A stretch of 64,000 nt of DNA from Lingula anatina. Lineage: Eukaryota; Animalia; Brachiopoda. The notes beneath the pieces were generated by a model. The model worked only from the letters and a program-made list of their open reading frames with translations, was not told the DNA's origin and did no database searches. How positions within the stretch are numbered: position 1 is the stretch's first letter; the number at the start of each line of letters is the position of its first letter. The stretch covers positions 17,670,001 to 17,734,000 of the forward strand of contig CM120646.1 of assembly GCA_051362555.1 (NCBI GenBank), given 5' to 3'. Of the stretch, positions 1 through 10,700 are shown one piece after another. The position numbers and the translations under genes were made by a program.

Positions 1-695
1 TCATTAAATGCTACATGCTTCAATTCTCTGTACCTGAAAAGCCACTCTAGTGCACATGTTCATGTGTGAGTATGTTGATACATAACTGATTAAGAATAGA
101 AGTATATTTGCACAGTCCATTGAAATGATCATAAGAAGTGTGTGGGCTCAGATACACATGTACTGTAATTTGTGAGTATATGTAACACTACCGGGTAATC
201 ATCCGTGTAATTATTTCACTTACCGCCCATATTTATTCAATTACAGAACTCGTAAATCAGTCAGCCGTAAAATGCTGTGTAAATTTTCATATCCATGCAG
301 AAGTCCTTAACTTTCATCAAATGAAAAAAATGTCATCTTTGTCAGATCTTGTAACTGCACTTAGCATCTAAAGACTAACAATGACATGTTATTAATTATG
401 GTCATTTCTGTTTGTGTCAAATAACCAAAGAAAATTTTCCTAATTCTACTTTAAGGACTACACTTAATACATTAACTTTCCTTTTAAACCAAAGGTATTC
501 CATACAGCATATACAACCAGCCTTCCCCACAACACATCAAATATGACAAAAAAAATGAATAGAAAAAGAAAAAAAAACAATAGTGATACAGTTTGTTTTA
601 ATACTAATTTTATCACTTCATGTACATGCAACAATAAACCAATGATAAGCTTTGCAAAAATGAAATCCATTTTCTGTTCAAATATTTTACTAGTC

Positions 696-726
<31 letters not shown>

Positions 727-805
727 AAAAAAAAAAGAAGATTTCAGATAGTATATCCCTTGGCATACAGTGATATGTGGCCATATATTATAAAATCACA
801 GTAAC

Positions 806-962
806 CAGGGGCGGATTTAGGCCGTCTTCTGGGTCTTCTGGAAGACGGTCAGATTTTCAAGTTTACATTGTCAGCCATCTAATGAAGACGGTCAAAAATC
901 GAAGATGGATCAACAAAGATAATTTGGAAGACTGTCAGAAAATATCTCTGGATCCGCCCCTG
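806..962. mobile_element. MITE with CAGGGGCGGAT...ATCCGCCCCTG termini (hAT-like non-autonomous element)
   Basis: Terminal inverted repeats CAGGGGCGGATTTAG / CTGGATCCGCCCCTG; GTAAC duplicated on both sides (801-805, 963-967); internal GAAGACGGTCA repeats. Confidence 0.8.
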
Positions 963-3900
963 GTAACAATGAATGATAAACTAAAATTTTATATGTCAAA
1001 TCATCATAACCATGATATACAATATACTACTACTATATAGTTTAGTACTGATTGCTTTTTCTGCAAAATGCCATATAACACAATTTTAATCATTGTCCAA
1101 TTTGATGGATTCAATTTGACCCCTTTTCAGAACAGCAATGTAATTTTGGGTGAAATTAAGAACAATTTCTGTTAAAATTCTCATTTTCATAACGATTTTA
1201 ATCATCAAAATTGATTAGATAGCAATTAGATCCTGATTTTACAACCCATGTTAGTAAAAATAATCAATTCTCAGAGTTGTTTTGAGTTGGGAAGTATATT
1301 GTAAAGAAAGGGCAATGAGACAAGCTAGTAAAACAACATTAATTTGTTTTAAAAAGGATGAAACACAAACTTTATGTTTTTCACAGTGTACTCTAGGAGG
1401 TATATAGTGAGATAATGAAATCAAAATCTAATGATTAAAAAAGGAAAGTAGAATTCTAGAAGAAGGAAAGAAATTTTTAAAGCATTAATCCGTGCTCCTA
1501 ATGGACATGATCCTAGATATGTTTTAAGATCATTTATAGATATGTTTTGAGGTCATTTTAGATAGAGAAATGGAACTAAAATTTCACAAGAAAATCTCTG
1601 AATTCATATAATAAATTCTGGCAACAGTTATTTAATTACCCTTACTGCTAAAAGGCAAGAAACAGGATGTAGCATAAAATCATCATTATGCAGATAATTC
1701 CCTATAATCAATCTTCATCACTGCCCTGCAACTTGAAAAATGTTAATTTTACATTTAAACTCATTGTCAAAACCCTGCAGCAAAGCATTGATTAATTACC
1801 ACTATTTACTTTTCACATATTATTCCAGAGAACCCAGAAAATCAGTCTATGAAAATAAACTAGGAAATAATGTACAAACAGAAATTTTTTGTCTTTATTA
1901 ATGAACTAAATGAAAAATTAACAGGCATCACATGAGTGAATATCAGTGAAGTTAAATTAACTGTAAATAATTTTGTGTAGTAATAATTAAAAACCCCTGG
2001 ATCTGAGTCACTCGAGTCTTTGATGTATAATTTTAAATGTACAATATGCTGCACAAAAAAAGAAATGAGTTTTTTGTTATACATAATAATTAGTTATAAA
2101 ATTCATTTTTCACAAAACAGGTTATTAAAATTAAAATAATAAGGACATATTAGCTGGCAGTCATACTTCCAAAAGAAATAGAAACAAATATAATCAACCA
2201 ATTTTCAATACAGTTAAATCAGTAAAGGTTTTAAAAAATACAACATTCCTCACTTGAAACAAAACTGAGTGATGGATATAAGTGAGTGATCTTTGGTGAA
2301 AGAAGTTTATTGTAAACCAATAATATTTCAATGCATTGACATACAAGCAAACATAATAAACACAATAAAAACAAAAATTTCAAAGTTAGTTTGCCTGACT
2401 TGGTCAACAACATTCAATATGAGACTGATTTTTTAATATTAAAAAATCATGCTGATTTTCTGAAACAAACTTTTTCAAGCAAAAATAAAATGAAAAATAG
2501 TATTAAATATATCACACAATCTGTACATATATTACAGAAGGAAATCACTGACAGCCTTGACATTGTATTAGTATTTTACAGTATAATCAATTTAACTGAG
2601 TTTCACTTTTTTCTTATAATAACAGAACTACACAGAGAACATTTGAAACACAAACACTGATTTAATGCCTACAGTTACATATCTTATTGGAGTCAAAGTA
2701 ATTTCCTCAAAAAGAGAAATATGAACTGATATGATCATTCCATCACTCCTTTCAAAAGATGAGTATTATTAAAGCACACCGTGATTGATATTCTTTCAAA
2801 TTAGAATCAAATTACTGAATTATAATATGAACTTAACTATTAATTGCAGCATTTCCCCTGTCTACACTGACAGATAAATAAAATAACTGGCATTTATCTT
2901 AGTAATTTTAAGTAACTACTGTAGAGCTAATACAAATGCTTTTTCTTGGTTTTCTTGGGTTAAAATTCAGAAATTGTTTCCTTAGCTCATTCATTTTATT
3001 ACGATTTTTTACTAACATTTTACCAATGTGTTTCTGATTGTGTTTAACCTGAATTTCAAATTATATTTGGAATTTGAAAGATATAGTACAATACCATACC
3101 ATTGCATATTTGGACTTGGTTTAAAAAGTCTTTTCTTACTTTTTGTGACACAAGGTTGAGCTGTTTCATATCTGCAGACATCTTAGCCTAGTTAATCCAA
3201 CGTCCACCTAAATGTCCACTCTTAATACCTAGAAGTTTCATGTATGGCTCTTGTGCTTGACCGAAGTTCTTCTCAATAATTGTTTTATACCAATAGTCCC
3301 ACCCCCTCCCTGGGCAGGAATGTAAGATGCATTTATGGCAAAAACTGTAATACTTCTCTTTTTGATTTTCCATTTTTTATTTTAAAAAATTCGACAGTTT
3401 ACAAAATAATTAATAATGAAAAAAAAATAATAAAACCAATACAGTAAGAAACAATGTATCAACCTAGACCTCTGCTTAAGTGAGTAAGGCAAGGACTGGG
3501 CTGACTGCTTAGTAATTGTCCATGTGCTTTATGTGTTTTTATTCCAATTATTTTCATTAAGTATGGTATATTACTTTAGATTAAAATAAGTGTAGTGGGT
3601 TCTATAATTGCAGACAAATGTGTAGGATTTTCAGCACCCTTTACTATCCTGTTTCTGGGGCTAAATTTTATGCCCCTCACATGAATAATTAATGTCATTA
3701 TCACCCACCTGAGTCCAATAAATAACATCCTTTTCCCTGACCATGAATTAATATCACTGCTCTATTCTTATTATACATCAGGGTCGCCAGTTTGTTTTTA
3801 GCTTGTGACCTGAAGCTGGATATTCAATGTTGCCATTTTTTATCCAATCATAGATTCTTAATGGTAACCATGCCCAAGTAATGTATTTTTTAGTATAATG

Positions 3901-5880
3901 TTGTGTCAAAGTAGTGGCAAGGGCTCGTTAATGATCTGAAATAATGGGTGATGTATTTATTCTCCATTTATTTTATGTCATATTCTTTGAATAGTTACCC
4001 TAATAATATCTGACATACTGGTGTCTGCCAAAGTTTAGAAATGATCCCCATGAAAAGTCAATTATTTCCAAGTACAAGTACTGCTGAAATAAAATAAATT
4101 ATTCTTTTTTTGGCTGTTAAATAACTGATGAAAACCTAGTCAATCCAAGAACAATTTGCCTGTTTCAGGAACTTGAAAAACAACACGTGAAACAACATGC
4201 GTGAATCCCCACCCTGTAAGAGGGAGTTGGGAGTCGGCTTGACTGACCAGAAACCTTAAAGCTTGTAACTTGAGCTTTGAAATTTTTCATGTACAACAGT
4301 ATTGACACACAAATACTCCGATAATCAATGTGACATTTTTCTAATCACATTTGTATTATGATAAGTAATGAAGAAATTTTACCCAGCAGAACAAAATGAA
4401 GCAGAAACATAATGTTTATCACCCTGCGGCTTCTGAGGAGCAAGGAGATGGTGGGGATTGCATAGTTAATAGTGCTGTGAAGAACAGAAATCACCAAGTG
4501 TGCCCCAAAACACAGGGCGTCTGCATCAAGGAGAGGTTAATAATTGACTGGTACTGGGAGACAGATATTAAAGCCAGAATAATTGTAACAAAGGAGCCTG
4601 CGGCATGAGCATTGAATTTCCTCGCTAAGCCTGGTGAGGTTATATATTACCAATCAAGCAGCTACTGTGCAACGTACCTCACAGAAGATACTGTTGCATT
4701 TAATGAGAAAAAAGTCTTCAACAGCAAGAGAAAAAATGTCTGAAATCTGATAACTGGATGACTATTACTAATTACAGCAACATTAGAATCAAAAGGTTAA
4801 ATATGAATGTGGGTGAGAAAATAATTAAAACTGGAGGAAAATTTATTTTTTTCATGCAATATGACATGTGATAATAAAGTTCACTTGTGTTTTATTATCC
4901 TTTTGTTGAGTTTAAGTCACATTTTTTTCTTTCTTGATACTGTATGAAGATTTCAGATTTCATCTAATATTTGAATTTAAAGTTTAAAAAACCAAGCCAA
5001 ATGCAGTGACTTGGCTTCATTAGAATAACAACTACAATAAGAAAATCTAAACAATGAACACTGTTGCTTAAAAAAAACACTTAAATTGAACTTCTAAAGA
5101 ACAGATGAAAGCCTTGACAAGAAATAATTATCTTAAAGTTTACATACTTTTACAACTGAAATTATCAAGTACCAAATGAATGTTAGAAAAAAAAAAACAA
5201 TTATCATACTAAATTCAAATCACAAAACAGTATAACTTTTTATTTGCCTGTCTCTACAAATCATGTTTAAATAAATGAAGTAATTTTGAATGTAAGTACT
5301 TTGCCACTAAATAAGTATCATTATAATCTCTTCATTATGGTATAATGTATGTATCCTGCCCAGTGGTACATGTATTCACCCCCCCCCCCCCCCAAACAGG
5401 GTGAGAACTAATGAAATAATAGAATATATTCATGGGTTATAGATAAAACTTTCAAATCGAATTTACAAAATTCATTTTAAAGGTGACAATTGTGTTTGAT
5501 TCTATTTGAATGCCGCATAATCATTTTACCTATATCACAAACAGGTTTTGTCATTATAACATATTTTGCTATGGACATATATATTTCTTTTTGATAGTTA
5601 TATAGATATGCTAAGTGTACTCCTGGAAATATCCTGATCAATAACTTTTTTCTTCATCACCAATCAAGGTATTACAGCACTAGTATATGTATACCCCATT
5701 CAAAAACTGTTGGGAAATTACCATCTGCTTGAATAAACACAATTTCAAGTTCTAAATTCTTTTAAAAATTACTGTCATGATTTCAACATTGACTCTCTCT
5801 CCTTCACCAGAGTCACTGTCAAAAAATAATTCTTAGAATCTAAAACAAGTTTATGGAATTGCAAATCTGTGAACAGGTCT

Positions 5881-6116
5881 TGGAAGACTGAGATGCAATA
5901 AAGACAGATCCACAGCACAGCAGCAACCTATTAGCCTGGGTTAATTTTTTTCTCGGCATTAAGTGCTGGCTGATATGCAGACACCTTGCTATAAATTATA
6001 GCCACTAGAACTTTAAAGATGTGAATGACACTTTTCTGTGTTAGCATGGAGGTTCACATTTAAATCGGATAAAATTATGAATTAGCTGTTTAGCAACAAA
6101 TGTGATTTGCAGTATT
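5881..6116 (+). repeat. Left arm of a ~235-bp long-range inverted repeat (partner 9021-9249)
   Basis: Aligns by eye to the reverse complement of 9021-9249 (e.g. TGCAATAAAGACAGATCCACAGC, TCTCGGCATTAA, GGCTGATATGCAGACAC, TGGAGGTTCACATTT). Confidence 0.85.
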
Positions 6117-6972
6117 CCCTTGGTGATTAAGGGAAAAGTGTTGATATTTCCATAAAAATTGACTTTCATTGTATAAAGGTCTAAGACATACTTATTGTGT
6201 GCCATATATATACCAGCATATCAGCCACCTAATGTTTTTGGCTGGCCACCTGGACATGTCCAGGACCTAAGTCCAAAATTGAAAATGATTTCTGTCTATA
6301 ATGCACTGAAAGGGGGCCAAATTAATTCATCAGCTATCAAAAAGAATGAGATCCAATGATACAAATGTACATGCATATATGGCATGGAGGAAACCTTTTT
6401 TTTTTTTTTTGGGGGGGGGGGGAGAGACATTCAAATATGATTGCAAACTTTCATTCTAAAGATGACCCAAATGATCGTCTTAGGAGATTAGTGATTAAAA
6501 AGAGAGGAGGAAAAGCCTGGCTAATTAATGACCCTTTGACAAAGCAAACAGACCTCCCCATATATAATATAATACAATAACAAGTGCCAGAGAAAACTAT
6601 CCATGGCTTATTCTTTAACTGTCCATAAAAACCAACTGCTCTGAATCTGATAATAAGGCTGAAACAAACTTAATATCCGGTGAACTTTCACATAAAATTG
6701 AGGGGTTACTGTAGTGTCATAATTTCTCTCACCCTTGGGTGTCAAAATTACTCCTTAAGTACTGCACTTGGCTGCTAAATTGCATAGCTTTGAAAGAGCC
6801 ATTTATATTTTACAATGGAGCAGAAAATTACTGTAGATTATTTTTATAAGAGAAAATTGCTCTCATTTTATTTTGTTCATCGTTCAACAGTTGATTCAAT
6901 TATTTGGGTGCTGCTGCCAAGGTTATTACAATGTAGTTAACCTAATTGCTTACAGCATACCAGCTCACCTGC

Positions 6973-6974
<2 letters not shown>

Positions 6975-7018
<44 letters not shown>

Positions 7019-7032
7019 GAGAGAGAGAGAGA
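6975..7032. repeat. (GA)n microsatellite
   Basis: Direct reading; interrupted once by TCTG. Confidence 0.95.
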
Positions 7033-7602
7033 CTTTCTTCATTGCAAATCGCAATTACATTTAAAAAAATTTTCCACACATACCACCAATTTTCAGTGGA
7101 AATTGTTTTCTCTGTTTACTAATTATGTGTTATACTGTGGTGTTAATGCTGCTGCAATCAACACTTCTTATAATAAGCAGAAACCCTTCAGCGCCACGCC
7201 TTAACAATGAGAGCAGAAACAAGACGAACAATTAATTACATGTACCAGGAAATTCAAATAAAACTGATGTCATCCATGTTTACTGGTATTAGCATGTCAA
7301 TTACATGAGTGTACTTTGCATCAGCCAAATGACCCCTTTTTTTAGTAGGGATATAATCATTGTTACCAAAACTGTACCTGAAGTTTTTAGGGGTTCAAAA
7401 GCATTAAAAATATGTATGTGTCTGATGTGGGTTATTAACTTGAAAAATGTTTTGCAGAACTAAGATAAAGACCTCCAGTATTCAGCATGCCCATATATAC
7501 CCACTATTATCTAGGTAATGAAAATTTAAAGGCTGTCATCATTAATACAAATTTCCCTTTTGTTTGCTTTCATGTTGGCCGTTCATCCTGAAATCACACT
7601 TT

Positions 7603-7861
7603 GGCTTCGTTCACATGCAATGTCTATTTTCTATTTTCTATTTTCTATTTTCGGTATGTCTTATGATCACGGTCTGTGCACTGAATATCCCGCGGCGTAA
7701 TTACTGGCAGCGCGAGCCAGTTACTATAAGTTACTATAAGTAACTGGCTCGCGCTGCCAGTAATTACGCGGCGGGATATTCAGTGCACAGACCGTGATCA
7801 TAAGACATACCGAAAATAGAAAATAGAAAATAGAAAATAGACATTGCATGTGAACGAAGCC
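7603..7861. mobile_element. Near-perfect palindromic MITE (PIF/Harbinger, Tourist-like), 259 bp
   Basis: ~123-bp arms GGCTTCGTTCACATGCAATG.../...CATTGCATGTGAACGAAGCC with one mismatch and a 13-nt centre; flanks TTT/TTA. A second copy at 62863-63107 has a TTA/TTA duplication. Confidence 0.88.
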
Positions 7862-9020
7862 TTACTCTTAATTAATAATGAAACAATTACTGAATACTTA
7901 AAAATAAGGATGTACCCTGTATGATTAAGATAAAATTAATCATATTATATACAGTATCAAAATTAATGTATTAATTTGCAACCCCATACCATATATCCAA
8001 GGGTGTGACATCTATAGTATCATGACCAAATGAATATTATTCAAGTTTTAAATGGTGATTATTCATAAATTGAAAAAAAAATCTGATATTCAGATCTCTT
8101 AAATCTCACCTTTAACTTATAATTCCTTATGATAACTTATTCTGACAACCCAGCTTTTTGTAAACTTTTAGATATTTTTTTTTCAGTTTTTCTGAATAAA
8201 ACATAATTTTCAAAAGTATCTTAAGTTAATTTGAATGCTCAAATTCATTGCACGCTCATTTTGTGTAAAAAAAAAAGTTTGGATAGGGCCAACATTTTGT
8301 TTTGACCGAAAGCCAAAGTGTATAATTGTTTTATTATATAATCTAATACTATATGGCTATTCCAAAGATATATGTGATGCAAATTTAAAACAAAAAAACT
8401 ACAACGTGATGGTCCGTCTTGGCTGGTTGTGTCATTACATAACAATTGGATAGGGGGCGTGCACGGCTGGCCATGACATGACATAACAGTCGGGATGTCA
8501 AAGGTAGATATGTTTTGATGACATCAGGGAGGAAGCCAAAGTTGATAATGGTTATTATATTGTGGTTTTTGATGACATCAGACCAGTTAATACTATGTTT
8601 TTTGATGATGACAGGGTGGATATATTTAGTTTTATAACATAGCAAACCCCGGATATAATGTCATATTCTATGCCAATTACGCAATAAGCTTATTTGTTTT
8701 AATTCTAACCTACAGCATATGTACTGACTGTGACGTGGATAAGGCTATTCTAATGAATGGCCCAGAATTCTAACATGCATGTTAAACCTGTATGATCATT
8801 TTATATAAGAGCATCAAACAATTTAGCATTATAAATACTGTCATGTTAGACTAAGTACATGTAGACCCTAAGCATAAAACCAGGTCTTTTTTTGTCACAT
8901 AGATAATTTTTTTTGCTATAATCATTAAAAAAATTCAAAAGCATATTATATATTGCTGTTATCTGCATATATATTGCATGGCAGCAAAACTTGGTATCTA
9001 TCCCTTTGATATACAAAATA

Positions 9021-9249
9021 AATACTGAAAGTCACAGTTGTGTTGCTATAAACAGCTAAATAATTTTACCTGATTAAAATGTGAACCTCCAACACTTACA
9101 CAAAGATTAAGTGTCACTCACATCTTAAAAGCTCTAGTGGCTATATAGCAAAGTGTCTGCATATCAGCCTGCAATTAATGCCGAGAAATATAATTAACCC
9201 AGCCTAATAGGTTGCTGCTGTGGATCTGTCTTTATTGCACTGTCTTCCC
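9021..9249 (-). repeat. Right arm of the long-range inverted repeat (partner 5881-6116)
   Basis: Reverse complement matches 5881-6116 with scattered substitutions and small indels. Confidence 0.85.
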
Positions 9250-9914
9250 ACCACCAGGGACATCAGTTTCTGCCAACCTTCCTGCACAGAACAAATATGT
9301 CAGTCATGTGTCTCCCATGGGCTCCAAGCAAGAGTGCATCAATCTACATCAGATTCTACAAGCTTTAAAGGACTTCTGCTTTATGGGCAGACTCTGTGAC
9401 AGTGTCAAAATGACAGCATTCAGTTTTTGTGAATTTGTTTTTCCAGGAGTTCAGAATCCTTTACTTTTGAGAATCAAATATTGTCATTTGGAAAATTTGA
9501 AAATCTTATCATTTACCCATTATAAGTAAAATATTTTTAATGGCCCATACTAAAAATACACAAGTAAATCTATTTCTAGTTTATTTTTAGGAGTGAAGCT
9601 GTGATCTTTAAGACAAAGTACAAAATGATGCATTAAGTATATTGTTTCACAAAAGAATCTGCCACACTATATACTCATTACACTCACATGGTATACCTTC
9701 TGTAAGGTGGGAGCCTTGAGTGGCATGACTCCAGCTCTACTACAGTGTATCAATATTTATTTAGTAGTATTTATCAAGTGAAAAGCAGTTATTAAATTAT
9801 ATAAGTTCCATACTAATTTTTAATAACAATCAGTTCTTTAAATTTCTACTGTACATACTGGAACCAACAAAAATAAACAGTTACATAATTGCAGGCCCAT
9901 GGCCAGAGGTTAAC

Positions 9915-10700
9915 TGCCTCACTCCACCCCACCCCACCCCACTACACGCGACCCCACCCCACCACACCCTACCCCAGCTAGCTCACCTCACTCCACCCCA
10001 CCCCACTATATCCCACACTACCCCACTAAACCTGACCTCACCCCACCACACCCTACCCCAGCTAGCTCATCTTACTGAAAATGCAGTAGTATCGAAGTAG
10101 CAAAGAAGCATTAACGCAGTAGTGGTGTGGAGCATATTTGCAGTAGAAATGCAGTATAGCCTACTGCAATTCTACTTCAAAAATTACATAGGGTTGTACA
10201 GAGGAGGAGCATTAATGTAGTAGATTAGCAGCATAATAGAAGTATGTTTCAAATATGCTAATTAGCTCCCCAATCGAAGCAGATTTGAAGCATGTTTGCA
10301 GTATGATTGCTGTAGTCTACTGCGGTTTGCAGTATGATTGCAGTAGTCTACTGCGCTGGAGTATCTACTTCGTTTTCGTGCGGGATTATTACACACCAAC
10401 CTATCCCACTACATCCTATCCCACCCCATCTAGCTACATGTTCCCCACCCCACCCCACTACACCCCACCCAACCCCACCTGACTACACCCCCACCCAACC
10501 CACTACAGTGTACATGTACATCCTATTGCACCCTATCTAGCTACACGTACCCCACCCCAACCCACTACACCCCACCTAACCCCACCTCAATACACCCCAC
10601 CTAACACCACCTCAATACACCCCCACCCACCCCACTGCACCTCACCTAACAACACTTCACCCCACCCCACCCAAATATACATCCCATCCTGCCACCACAA
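9915..10700. repeat. Degenerate (CCCCA)n-like low-complexity tract, interrupted by 10073-10385
   Basis: Repeated CACCC/CCCCA/CTACA pentamers. Confidence 0.8.
10073..10385. mobile_element. Probable degenerate non-autonomous DNA element interrupting the C-rich tract
   Basis: Abrupt change in composition; imperfect inverted ends (GAAAATGCAGTAG vs reverse-complement GAAAACGAAGTAG); internal tandem TTTGCAGTATGATTGCWGTAGTCTACTGCG x2. No clear TSD. Confidence 0.4.

Noticed and set aside
7729-7744. GTTACTATAA shared by the MITE centre and a satellite variant
   Set aside because: Only 10 bp and AT-rich, with no further similarity; probably chance.
4396-9529. Short ORFs 4396-4608 and 9212-9529 as exons
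   Set aside because: No recognisable protein motifs or convincing splice pairs; the latter overlaps an inverted-repeat arm. Small exons cannot be fully excluded.
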